Source of the DNA: Anthoceros angustus
Taxonomy: Eukaryota; Plantae; Anthocerotophyta
Length of the DNA: 64,000 bases
Assembly (NCBI GenBank): GCA_010909165.1
Contig: MU008158.1
Location: forward strand, 180,396-244,395
Direction: 5' to 3'
Positions within the stretch are counted from its first letter, which is position 1, and each line of letters begins with the position of its first letter. The position numbers were made by a program, and so were the translations under genes. Under the pieces are notes generated by a model. It had not been told where the DNA came from, made no database searches, and saw nothing but the letters and a program-made list of their open reading frames with translations. Below, one piece after another: positions 23,597 to 35,326 of this stretch.

Positions 23597-24150
23597 TGGG
23601 GCACTTGGGCATTCCGACATCCGGTGCACATTGGCAAGGGTGCAACTGGGCATATTGACATCCGGTGTTGTTTGGTCATTGTCTGTACTGCAGTCAGTGT
23701 GCCTTCGGTGGGCATCTTGGCATGGGTGCCTAGTTCATCACCACGCCGGGCAATTGGGCATTTTGTCATTCTCGCTGCGGCTTGGGCATTCGTCATTCCC
23801 TAATGTCCGGCAGATGGGCATTTCGTCATTCCCTAATGGCGTTGGGCATTTCATTCCATCATGTCGCATTGGGCATTTCATTCATTCGATCATGTCGGCT
23901 TGGGCATTTCGTCATTCCATCATGTCATTGGGCATTTCATTCGATCATGTCGGCATGCATTTCGTCATTCCATGTTTGGGCATTTCATTCCATCATGTCG
24001 GGCGCTTGGGCATTTCATTCATTCCATCATGTCAGCATTTCATTCCCTAATGCGGGCATATTCCGTCATTCCTCACGTCGGGCGGTTGGGCATTCATTCC
24101 TCACGTCGGCTTGGGCATTCCGTCATTCCTCACGTCAGGCGATTTGGCCA
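23597..24150 (+). repeat. Array of TTGGGCATT-core repeats
   Basis: More than 15 copies of ttgggcatt(tc/cg)...cattcc at 20-30 bp spacing. Confidence 0.9.
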
Positions 24151-25889
24151 TTTTGGAAGTTCATCTCTTGTTTTACAATGTGCATCCCACCCTCTTGTGC
24201 GGGATACTCTCGCCTGAGCACATAAAGACTCGGTGGTTGAGGAGCTTATCTCCTTGTCGAAGGAAGAGAACCGCTTGTCACAGTTGCAAGCGAGGAGACA
24301 AGCAATCTAGTGGCAGCAAAATTGCTCTTGGTGAGCTCACCGACGCCGCTCTTGGCGCAATAATCTATGACAAGAAGGTATGGATCTTTCCTGGACTTCA
24401 ACTTTATATTCTTTTCAAACCGAACAAATGCTGGAGTATTCTCTGCAAGAAGAGGATGCACATGTTGCCCGTGTTCAGAGGCAACATCGTCTTTGTCAGG
24501 AGGCGGCACAATCTCAGCCAACAACAAGGAGCGTGACACCTTCAACGAAGTTAATTTGGCGGAGGACTTACATGATGCCTTCCGCATACATAGTTTGATC
24601 AAGGGAAAAAGGACTCCTCGGTGGATTCCAGCTCCTTGTTACACCAGCCAAAATGTGCCCTTCATATCACAAAGTCTTTGCGTGTGCACCAGGTTGGCCC
24701 CCTGCTGGTTGCATGCCTTGGCTCTTGTTTCAATTTGCTGTCCATGCCTCTAACGACTATTGGTTCCATGGTGATTTGCGGGGTTCGGATGCTATGAGTT
24801 CGTTTTCCTCCCCCAGCACTGTTTCATGATGCATGCCTCTACCAACACATGTTGGTCACGTGACTTGCCCCAATCGCTTGTTGTCTTCGGTTCCCCGTGG
24901 CTCAAGGCTAAGGGTTGGCCATTCACACTCCCCGCCGCATGGGAACGTGATCGGAGAGAGAGTGGACGAGCATTACCATGGTTGCTCGAGACTTCCACAT
25001 TATGGAGCACCGCTTTGGAAGAATTGCTGGTGCCGACAAGATAGTGCCCCTGTTGCCTCATAGAAGAAGGCTGTTTGGGAGTCTCCTGGTTAGTAATTGT
25101 GTAAGTTGGCTTCATGATTTGGGACAACTTTCACAAGACATTTGTGCTAACTTGGATTGTTTGGTCATAGGCACTGATGGCTGCCCCCGCTTGAGGTGCT
25201 CAGCGTTCATCACACCACCTCGTGGGCTGACCACCCATACCGGTCAGCTAATCCAAGACGTCCTTGTTGGCGATGCACAACTATGTCCAGATACGCCGGA
25301 GGTGGTGGTGCCTCGGACTCAAACCTGTGGTTTGAGTCCAGTGAGGCTGCCTACGGTGTAGTGTGATGCGATATTTTTCCCACTCTCCGGGCAGCCCGTG
25401 TCATGTTTGGGGTTGGCCTCCGATGAATGGGGTGCCTCGAGCGTGGCAACCTCTTTGTTTGTTGGCCCTGTTCCGGAGTGAGACGGGTCACTTGTGTGCC
25501 AATAATGCCTCACCGTGCAAGACATGGTGGGCACACATGTGGTATTGATGTCCACTGGCAAAGATGCATCTCGGGAGTGGACAATCAAAGGAGGAGGATA
25601 CCCAAATTCTTTTACGGAGACTCGTTGTGCAAGAGGATGAAACTTTGGTTGTCGATATCGAAACCCAGTTATGTGATACTCGGGCCGTAGATTTTTGCCG
25701 TCTTTGTCCACCTCAATGGAGACACGAAGGGAAGAATGTGGAAGTGATGGATGAAGATGAACCGAGGATGAAGTGCCCAAAGATGAAGTGAAGTGCCGGT
25801 GAGGATGAATTGCCCAAAGATGTGGAAATGCTCTTAGAGAGGGATCGGTAGCAGAGAAGGAGGTGGCCACCACCAAGGACGATGAGGAA

Positions 25890-26060
25890 GTGGCCCCAAG
25901 GTGGTAAGGAAGTGACCACTTGTGCAAGTGATCACGGTGGCCACTTGTGTTGGTGATGTAGTGGCCACTTGCGGTGGTGGTGTAGTGGCCACTATGGGTC
26001 GCCACCGCTGACGTGGCAACTTGTGTTGGTGACGCAGTGCCCACTTTGCACCGCCACTAT
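25890..26060. repeat. Short array of gtggccact/gtgcccact motifs
   Basis: Visible repeated motif, about 6 copies. Confidence 0.7.
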
Positions 26061-26345
26061 GAGCGAGGCCACCCAAGGCTAGCTCTGCCTTTGGGTAAGT
26101 GAGGCAGTTAAGGGGTGAATTCAAAAGCTATTCTTGGTAGGAAGCACCACAACTTGAAACATCTGCTCCGATGTGGTGAAGCTTCGTGGACGTCGTCTCT
26201 CGCAAACCAAGAGGCAAGATCGGACTCGAGGCACATTGAAACGAAAGAGTGCCTCCAAGACCGGAGACCAGGCGTCGCGGCACAAGGTGCCTTGGTGGAA
26301 GCACCACCAGTGCTTTGGTGCGTCACGCATCCGTGAGACAATTTC

Positions 26346-26705
26346 ATGGTGCGTGCAATGAAGGATAATAAGGAGAAGGTCAAGTGGTATGCACTGAAAT
26401 GCACAGAGGCACTCACGACATTAGCTGAGCAGACGGAAGACCCCGCTTGGGGTGGTGAGATTTTTACGGCGGGTGAAAAAGTGGTGAAAGGTTATTACTA
26501 TGAGCAAGTGCCGTCTGACAAAAGTGCCTTTGAGCTGCTAGATTCAGGGCCACGTGGTGACCCAATAATGCTTGAAGCAGACACTGTGCTGACCACAAAG
26601 TTTCCAATGGTAGCTATTCTGAAGGCCAACGAGAAGAACAAGAAGACTCCACAATTTGTCGGCTTTCTGGATATAGAGCATGGTTGGATCAAAATGGCGA
26701 ACTAG
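26346..26705 (+). CDS. Stand-alone paralog of the transposase C-terminal domain
   Basis: DNFMVRAMKDNKEKVKWYALKC...GEKVVKGYYY aligns by eye to the transposase tail VGDNFMVFANKEDEGQEFYL...GEAVVVGRYY (~31170-31040, minus strand). Confidence 0.6.
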   Translation: MVRAMKDNKEKVKWYALKCTEALTTLAEQTEDPAWGGEIFTAGEKVVKGYYYEQVPSDKSAFELLDSGPRGDPIMLEADTVLTTKFPMVAILKANEKNKKTPQFVGFLDIEHGWIKMAN

Positions 26706-27129
26706 GAGAGGGACTGCAGCAAAGCTATCCACGACTTGTCAGAGAGTGTGGAGTCCCAACCGTGTGGAAGTGTCTGGGCAATTTAGCTGTGGATGCCTCC
26801 GATTTTCTGCGAGTTATGGTTTTAGTTTGGAGGTGAACCATGTTAAACATGCCAGGCTCGGCTCAGCGGATGTTGTGACATGGATTCAAACTATGTTGTG
26901 TGTGTGAGTTCAGTGTGTTCAGATTGGCAATTGGAATGTTGTGCGTTGTGACCCTTCACACTTGCCTTGCTTGTCTAGATGTGCATTTGGATTTGTCGAT
27001 TAACACCACACTGCACAGTGTACTCGATAGCTACGCTACAGGCCTTTCTCAAAAGAATGGCTAGCTACACAAGGCCACGCAGCCTAAAAAGCACTGTCTC
27101 CTAAGGCGGTCTTGTCCAGAAAGCACTGT

Positions 27130-29300
27130 GATCAAGGCCATTTGTGAAGAGTTTTGGAAATGGCAAGCCTCGTTTTAGCCGAGAGAACAGAAGACATCAT
27201 TTTATTGACGGAATTGTGGTATAGTGCCATAGCATCGATTCCACAATGCCTGACACTCATGCCTCTCTGCGCTAGAAAGTATAATGTACAAATCATGCCA
27301 CAATTGAGCAGGGAAGCAACAAGCAAAGATTCACGGCCTTGACCCGGCGTATGCGAATACATCCGCCTCGCCAAGCATAGCACACCCATGAGCGAGCGGT
27401 GTGTACACATCCCTCTTGCCGGACATGCCTCCGACCATACATGCTATATGCAAGCACGATGACAAGGAAAGCCGTGCTCGCTCGGCGCCTCGATCTACCA
27501 CAACGCCGGTGTCGTGCTCGCTTGAGTCATCCACAGGGAGGGCACCTTGTCCTCCAGGTCCATCAGCACCACGGTCTGCGGCAGCGGAAGGCCTGGCATA
27601 GGGGGCCAACCACTGAGCTCGCACCTTCTTCCAGTAGCGCTGCCGTGCCTTGGCCCGTTCCATTCGATGCAAGTACTGCGCAGCCAAGTTGAAAAGCTGT
27701 GAATCTGTCATAGCTAGATGGCTGATACTCACCTCCGGCGCAAAGAGGGCGCCCTTGGCCAGTTTCCGTGCTCCGGCTTGGAGATTCCATGTCCCCTCCA
27801 TCACAACAATATCATCCATTCCTGTCAAGGGCGCCATAGCTTCCATTGAGTGCAAAGGCGGGACCCCGTAGTGCAGCGAGGGTGCTCGTGCTCAGAAAGT
27901 GGAACCAGGGGTAGACCGCGGGCTTTAAGTTGCCCGGGCAGAAGGCCACGCGTGTGCATAAGGCCACCATTGAAAGGGGTGAGATGATTACTTCTCATTG
28001 AATCATGCAGTCGTGGAAAGCAAGCCTAGATGGCCAATCTGGGATGGATTTTGAATTTGTGAGTGAGGCCTTGGGCATTGTAAAGTTTGCCTCGAATGGG
28101 CATGATGTCGAAAGGTGAGAAAAACTACGGACATGTATCTAATAAGATTTCTATTGCCCAAGTCTTGAGAGTGTTTGATGTGTGCATGATGCGATGCGGT
28201 TTATGCAGAGGCTAGAACCGTGAACCCTCAAGCGGCTTCACATCCACTACTCGGGAAGCTTTCACACATGCCTTCACCTCGAGCACATTCACATATGCAA
28301 AACCTAGAAAGCAGACTTGATATGGAGCTTTCAGCAGTAAACAAGCTCCTGCATTGGAAGCTGAAAGTTTTTGAGACTTCAACCTACAACCTACAACCTA
28401 CAACCTACAACCTACAGCCTACAACCCACACCTACAACCTACAACCTACAGACTTCAACCTACAACCTACAACCCACAACCTACAACCTACAACCTACAA
28501 CCCACAACCTACAACCTTGTTGTACACAAAGGCGTTATATGCGAAAATGTCGGAAGCCTAGAAACGATTCTAGCCGCCTACCTAGAATTGTTTCACATGC
28601 CAACCATCAGGCGTGGTGTCTGCGATGCTCACATCTAGACATTAAGCCTACTTGGCCACCTCTCAATCCAACTTCCCAAGACCAAAAGTTCTTTGTCTTC
28701 AACGAAATCACTTGCACACGGAACCACATCTTGTGGTAAACTTTGCCACCAGCCTGGGCCTCCTGCTTCAATTTCTCAAACTGATTAGTCACAGCCCACA
28801 ATGCCCTTAGCATGTGGACAACCAATCTCTTACTCGTGAGGGACTCAGACCATGTCACCCGGGCCTCCGGGTCATCGACAACAATGTCGATGCTCGGGTA
28901 AATGCAAAAGCGCACCAATGGCGAATTCTTGCCTCAAACTCATCCCCTTGAACTCGTCCGACCTCGATGCATTGGATCTCGTGCTCGAACTGAAATTTCC
29001 TCATTGCGTGGGCGGTGACAGGCACCCACTTCCACCGCATCCTTCCCAACCGGATCTGCATAACCGCCGACCGTTCCGAAAGGATAACGCTTCTTCATTA
29101 CAATTCCCGATCAACAAGAAAGCCCAACTCCCAATAGGGTCGGACGGGGTGTCAGTCCAAAGGATATACTCGAGACATCCCAAGCGGTGGAATCACCACA
29201 CCTACTGCTGTGAAACCTTAGCGGATCCACCATATCCCTTCCAATTCAAACAAAGATAGTGAAAAGCGGAAAGCATCATGCTAGTCTCAATCCCTTGACG
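27130..29300 (-). pseudogene. Degenerate cargo gene of unknown function in the Sola-like element
   Basis: Protein-like fragments in ORFs 27331-27855, 28607-28918, 28855-29061 and 29001-29183; interrupted by a 7-bp tandem array. Confidence 0.35.
28378..28516. repeat. Heptamer tandem array (CAACCTA)n, about 20 units
   Basis: Direct reading; the reverse strand is (TTGTAGG)n. Confidence 0.97.
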
Positions 29301-29659
29301 ATGAAGGGATTGTGGGAGAAGTGGTCTCAGAGTTAACGGTGGAGGTGAAGCACTCCCAAACCACGAAGAACCAGCGGGACCGTCAGACGGAGGATGGGTT
29401 CCGGGCAAGCAGAGCCGCTGTAAGCCATGTGGAGGCGCCCAATGTCTAGCGCACATCGCCGTGGCGGGATGAGCCTGTCGACCGTGACCGGGATGAGCTG
29501 CCTCATGGTGGCCGCCTACAAAACAAAAGGTATAGTCACCGGACGCCAAAGCATGGACTTTAAGCAAAGCCCTAAACACGAAAGCTACCACACACTGCGG
29601 TGGTGAAGTGCCCAACCGCACAAAACACATGATCTGAACAAGTGTTGAAGTAGCCATGT

Positions 29660-30320
29660 AACCATGCCATGTAGCCATGTAGCCACATGGCAAGACAAGT
29701 ACACCAATACAAGTGCCCATGTAACCACGGACCGTAACCACATGGCAAGACAAGTACACCAATATACAAGTGCCCATGTAACCACGGACCGTAACCACAT
29801 GGCAAGACAAGTACACCAATATACAAGTGCCCATGTAACCACGGACCGTAACCACATGACAAGTACACCAATGCACAAGTGCCCATGTAACCACGGACCG
29901 TAACCACATGGCAAGACAAGTACACCATGCCACGACCACATAGCAAGAGAAGTACACCATGCCACACCATCAGACAAGTGCCCATGTAACCACGGAGCAT
30001 ATCACGACCACATGGCGGGAAAAGTGAACCACACAAGTGCCCATGTAACCATGGGAACATGCAGACCACAAGGAAACAAGAGTGAGCCACAAGTGCCCAT
30101 GTGGAACATGCGGACCACAAGGCAAGAAGAGTGAGCCATGCACAAGTGCCCATGTGTACACATGCCAGACCACAAGGCAAGAAGAGTGAGCCATGCACAA
30201 GTGCCCATGTAAGAACATGCGAGGCAAGAAGAGTGAGCCATGCACAAGTGCCCATGTAACCACGGAACATGCGAGGATCACATGGCAAGAAAAGTGAACA
30301 ACTACAAGTGCACATGTAAC
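29660..30320. repeat. Minisatellite with ACAAGTGCCCATGT core (57-bp units, then ~40-bp units)
   Basis: Repeated 19-aa translation MGTCILVYLSCHVVTVRGY in ORF 29202-29960; about 12 core copies. Confidence 0.93.
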
Positions 30321-30799
30321 CAACTTGAAGGGAACATACCATCTGCTATAAAGCCACGTCCATACTTGTCCGCAGATCGCTTCTTGTTCAACCCTTGCAC
30401 TGACATGCCTCCATCCCCACCACACGTGTATGGTCAAGGAAGTTGAATTCAAGATGAATTCCATCACTCTGTGTGCCAAATGGCACCTCTGAGGAAGAGG
30501 CAAAAACCAGGCACATCTTGCGGATGCATTTCATTGTTGGAAATTATCTACATGGTTCAAGGACACAACTTAATTACCGCTCTATAAAGCTTCAATATCT
30601 CGCTCGAGGAAAATGACCGTGTGCCCACATCAACGGCATCTCAATTTGTACACCGCACCATGCATTATTGGATCATCATTGGATACAAAACAAGCTATCT
30701 TCATGGATCAAGGAAACAACGATAAGCGGAATGACATGCCAACAATCTCCGTCACAATGAGATTGCACACTCCACACCAAAACAACAGCTTTACTTACC

Positions 30800-33700
30800 A
30801 CTCCACATCAAAACAACCTAAGGATCCCTAACAAAGATCATCACGATTACTCTCCTCCACAAGGAGTCCACTACTTGTCGAGCATCCGATGATAGGACGT
30901 ATAACAACTCGTCACCATCCTGTTTCATGGTGGACCATGTCAAACTTGCATAGTTTGACTAACTCACCGGTTGAACACTGCCTCTGCGTTCTCTAGAGGC
31001 AAGGTATAGACACCCGGGAATATTCTTACGCAACATGTAATATCGACCAACCACCACAGCTTCACCGCTTGATGTGACCCGGCTCAAGTGATCATTGCGT
31101 GGTGCTTCACCTCGCACCGCAGAAGGTAGAATTCTTGGCCCTCATCTTCTTTATTGGCAAAAACCATGAAGTTGTCACCGACTTCCAAGAGGTCCGCCAA
31201 CCGAGAGATCCACCATCATCGGAGCGCCACAAGGAGAGCGTCCAAGTAAAGGAATTGCGGTGTACTGCCGGTAATCCGAGGAGGACCATCGATGTGGTCT
31301 AATCTTAACTAAATTCCAAAAGCGCGTGAGGAACTCTCTCGCAAGCATCATGGTTGCTTTCCATACACTCTGCACAAAACAAGACAGCGATTTTCTTGCT
31401 CGATCCGCCACACTAGCCCCATACAGTTATGCATCTTCTTGGACCGCATGGGGTCACAAGCATATTTCACCCTCCGATTCACCTCATCCTTGCCAATAAG
31501 CCGAAACTTCTATGCACTCCATGCTGCCCAGATGCATAAGAGCTTGCTGCAGCAGCAGAAATGTGTTCTTGCAGTCTTGGACAACATCACCGTGATTTTG
31601 CAACCTCCCTGCCGTGGGAGAGGACTCTGCAGCTCTAAGGGCTCTCTTCAAAATAGCACCTGCACCATCATGCTCTCCCTTGCCATGGCCACTCCCAAAG
31701 TATGACCACGATGTTGCGCCACCGTCAAGCTAGGGTACCGGAGATGAAGTATGAAGGTCGACATGCCTTGAATTGACTTGCTCCATCGACCAGCACCAAT
31801 GCTCCCGAGGTCTTGGGAACCCGAATCCAACATCCACCACCTGCTTCATCAAAACAAAGGTTGAACGAAGAGCGTGTCATGCACAAGGTCACACCGGCGT
31901 AGAAGTGGTAGTATTTGAATGTTTGCGCAGGTTGTCGACATCTAGGGGCCATTGCTACTGTGAGAAAACCGTAACGAGGATGGAAACCGGTCATTCGCCA
32001 ATGCATGGACTGGATTTCATCTTGGACTCAAATGCGTAATTCGAGAAAATCCATAACCGAGACAACCACATCGGATGGAAACCACTCTAGGCAATGCAAC
32101 TCCAACCCCGCCATCGAACAAAGTCATGGAGAATGAAATCCTTCAACTTGCCCTTGAAGAACTCAACAAATTACTGGATGTGTCTCCATGAAGACAAGTT
32201 TGATCCGTTTCTTATCCCGCCCATCCACATCCTTGCCCACAACTTGGTATTGGAAGCATCTCCATTTTAGAAGAGCATTAATGAACATTTATAGAAGTCT
32301 CCGTGGACGAACTTAAGCTTATTCACCCCACATAGGACACAAGTGCCTTGCGACATGCGAGCATGCCAATCTGCATCACCGCCGCACAAAGAGCACTTTG
32401 ACAAAGCCTCACCGACGCCACACATGTGGAGGGAGCATTACAAACAATGGGAGATGTACCGCAAAGCATGGACCTCACAAGAACAATGGCAAAGACCACG
32501 GGGATGGACACGAGAGAGAGTCCCACGGAGGCCATTCAATGCATCCTTCAAAAGGCCATCTCCACATGATACCTAAGAACAACAAAGATTACGCTCCTGC
32601 AGTGCTCTTCACAAAAATGGCTTCAACTTCTCAAAGCTCCGCTGCCCTACTTGAATGTTGGGTGTTCCTCACAAAAGCGCAGAATTCATCGACACACATG
32701 CGATCCGCCACACCTCGAGATGAACTTGAACACCGGCCACAATTTGCCCACAAGGCCCCAAGCAGATGCCTAATTGAAGTTCGAGCAACATCTACACTAA
32801 GCATTACACATGAGTCGAAAGCTTACAAACCCACGCCTTTGCACACGAGCCTCATATACAGTACATGCAACTGCTACACCTCAAATGAACCAGATCGCAG
32901 ACAAATTTTTCTCATCATGTCCCCAAGCGATGGCCAACTAAGGTTACAATCAACATGTACACTAGGCATTCACACACTCGACAAGGAGATGCCCAAACAA
33001 AGATGTAAAAGGCAACCGAATAACATGGATTTGTGCATCACACAAAGGCACAAGACCATGACCCAAACGCATTTGCGACATGTCAAGAAAGTGATGTGGG
33101 TGATGAAGGTTTTAGCGTCCGCAGCCGCTTGGTATCTTTGTGTTTGACGAAGGACGCAAGGATTCCCAAACCGATGCTTGCTTTCACATAGGAAGGATGT
33201 CGACCTTGCTTTCCTTCCACCCCACACCATGTTCGCCTCGAAACATATCCTCCGCCGGTGCTCAAAGCTTGATGGATCCGCCTCCCGCTCACTCCTATGT
33301 GCCGAGAAAGGCTCGAACTGACCTTTCCTTGGATATCCTCCGATAAGATAATGTTGAACAAGGTGTTCCTTGCCCGCAATTTGTCACCAACTTGAACATC
33401 CTTTAAACTTGTGCAAGCCTCACGCATTCTTCTTCAACAACAATGCTCCCAATTGGCGCCTTTTGGCATCTGTCGAGCTCTTGGTCGAAACATCTTCAAA
33501 GAATGGCAAGGTTACTTAAACTTCCGTAATGTCTTGACGACATTCCGTGTATCCACTTGTAAGCTCTAGAACCGATGACCTAATTTGCGAGCCACATCCG
33601 CGGACGCATCGAGCATTCCTTAACACTTAAATAATGGCCATAGCTCGCCTCTAAACTTGACAGACGGTTGAAGTTTGGGCACCCGAGTTTCTTGCCCGTA

Positions 33701-34100
33701 GCGCTTGCATCCTCTTCTGCTCCACCTTCCTCTCTTGCCGCATGGGTCCCCTGCTTGACCTCTCGCCGAGGAATACCAAGATTCCTTGTTATTCTCCTTC
33801 CGGCAACTCTTGAACACCAGCTTCACTAGAAGATGCTTCAGGGCCTGGGCCCGGCGTCGCCGACGTTTACATCGGCTCACCGGCGCTTGATGGTGACCGA
33901 GCCATGCTACACGCACAACCCTAAAAAAAAGCACCGCTAGTTAGACTCCAACTTTGTACCGCAATGTGCCAAGAACAAGCTGCACAACCCTAAAAGCACG
34001 ATCACCTCGAAGCAAGCTCGCGCCCACGGATCCGGTTGTAGGGTGTAGACGCTGCGTGTGATCCTACAAGGTGATGATCGATATCGCCCACCACCGTGCA
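30800..34100 (-). pseudogene. Sola2-like DDD transposase, frameshifted
   Basis: Minus-strand motifs in order: RKARSDILPAYVKASIARF; LKWRCFQYQVVGKD; VVVSVMDF(x)ENYAF...DEIQSMHW; YHFY...DLVHDTLFVQ; HWCWSDGA.SQFK; YFGSGHGKGEHDGAGAILKRAL; C..CMESNHDAC; VGDNFMVF. Subgroup assignment is from recalled motif signatures. Confidence 0.8.
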
Positions 34101-35326
34101 CATCCAGCTTCCTCAAGAGTTCCATGAAAGCCCATCAAGAACCAACAAATACAATGAACCAAGGACTACCTAAACCCAAATGCATACCTCGCCACCTACC
34201 ACTTCCCGCCACCTCAATCCACCACTCCCTTGCCAACCCTTGCCACCGTACCAACAGGTCCTGCCGCCTCAACCCACCACTCCCCCGCCGCCACATATAC
34301 CCACCATGAGCTAAGTCCAAAGCTCTCATCAAGAAAACGTTTATCAAACATGCCGCAGATCTAGGCGTCTAACTCGCGCTCCACATATCGTTCCGCCTCA
34401 TGCTACATAGTCCTCACAGACCTCAAGATAAGCCTACCGCCTCTGTGCCGAGATCCGCTCCCAGTGGTGTGGCGGTGACCTCTTTACGCAAGAACCCTAA
34501 ATCGAAGCGTGCGTGCACGCAACTCAAAATTTGTTCGGGTTACACGACGATCCGCTTTGCTCATCTCGTAAATATGCTACAAAATGATTTAGGTAAGGGC
34601 GAGTGCGCCACTGCCTGCTCTCGGCCCACTTAAACATACATAGTGTGACAAGTGCCCAGAGTGAGACAATGCCCATCCCAAGTAGTCTCTAAATTTAGAC
34701 TTTCATTTTGAATATTTTCATGAGTATTTTAATTTTAAATTTTAATCTCATGTAGAAGTGATATATTTGTATATCTTGTAAAAAATATAGTTTAGAGAAG
34801 AAATAAATTAGTTAAAATTATTAACGTTACATGAGGACAAAATAACAATGTTTCGTCTGCTTTCACTAATGTGAGCACCAAACCATGCTTGGACCCACAA
34901 GCTCATTACATCCTTAGATGAATATAATTGGGCAAGGTCCCACATGTCCTTGGAGGAATCGGCTTGAAACTTGGCGAACCATGGATTGTAAGTCCACTCA
35001 CTAGAATATCTTGGGCCTTCGATCCTTATTGTCCCATTCTTCTATTGAGTCGAATCCCACATGGGACGATCATTGGAACCACTCACTATATCCCATAGTT
35101 CACGCCGCAATACTCCTTTCATGTAATACTCCATACATCATATCCTTTTCCATTGAATCTATCCTTTCCTTAAAGCTATCTCCATGAACCACCGCGCTGA
35201 CGCCTTTGGATCATCATTGGAACCACTCACTATATCCCATAGTTCACGCCGCAATACTCCTTTCATGCGAATACTCCATACATCATATCCTTTTCCATTG
35301 AATCTATCCTTTCCTTAAAGCTATCT

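Noticed and set aside
23584-23610. gagggatacttcatggggcactt as the left TIR partner of gagactacttgggatgggcatt (34690)
   Set aside because: The match is weak and has no TSD; the 20372/34896 pair has a better match, a TSD and restores gag.
24790-25560. Possible Ty3 integrase on the minus strand
   Set aside because: No HHCC zinc finger or D,D35E motifs could be read in any frame.
28800-28930. Ulp1/SUMO-protease-like HW motif (RHWCAFAF...SIDIVVDD...WSESL) in the cargo gene
   Set aside because: It needs a frameshift to assemble, and no Q-x-N/D-x-x-DCG catalytic Cys motif follows.
29202-30503. Long hydrophobic Cys/His-rich ORFs, also at 23631-24225 and 57806-58354
   Set aside because: They arise from stop-free minisatellite units in several frames at once.
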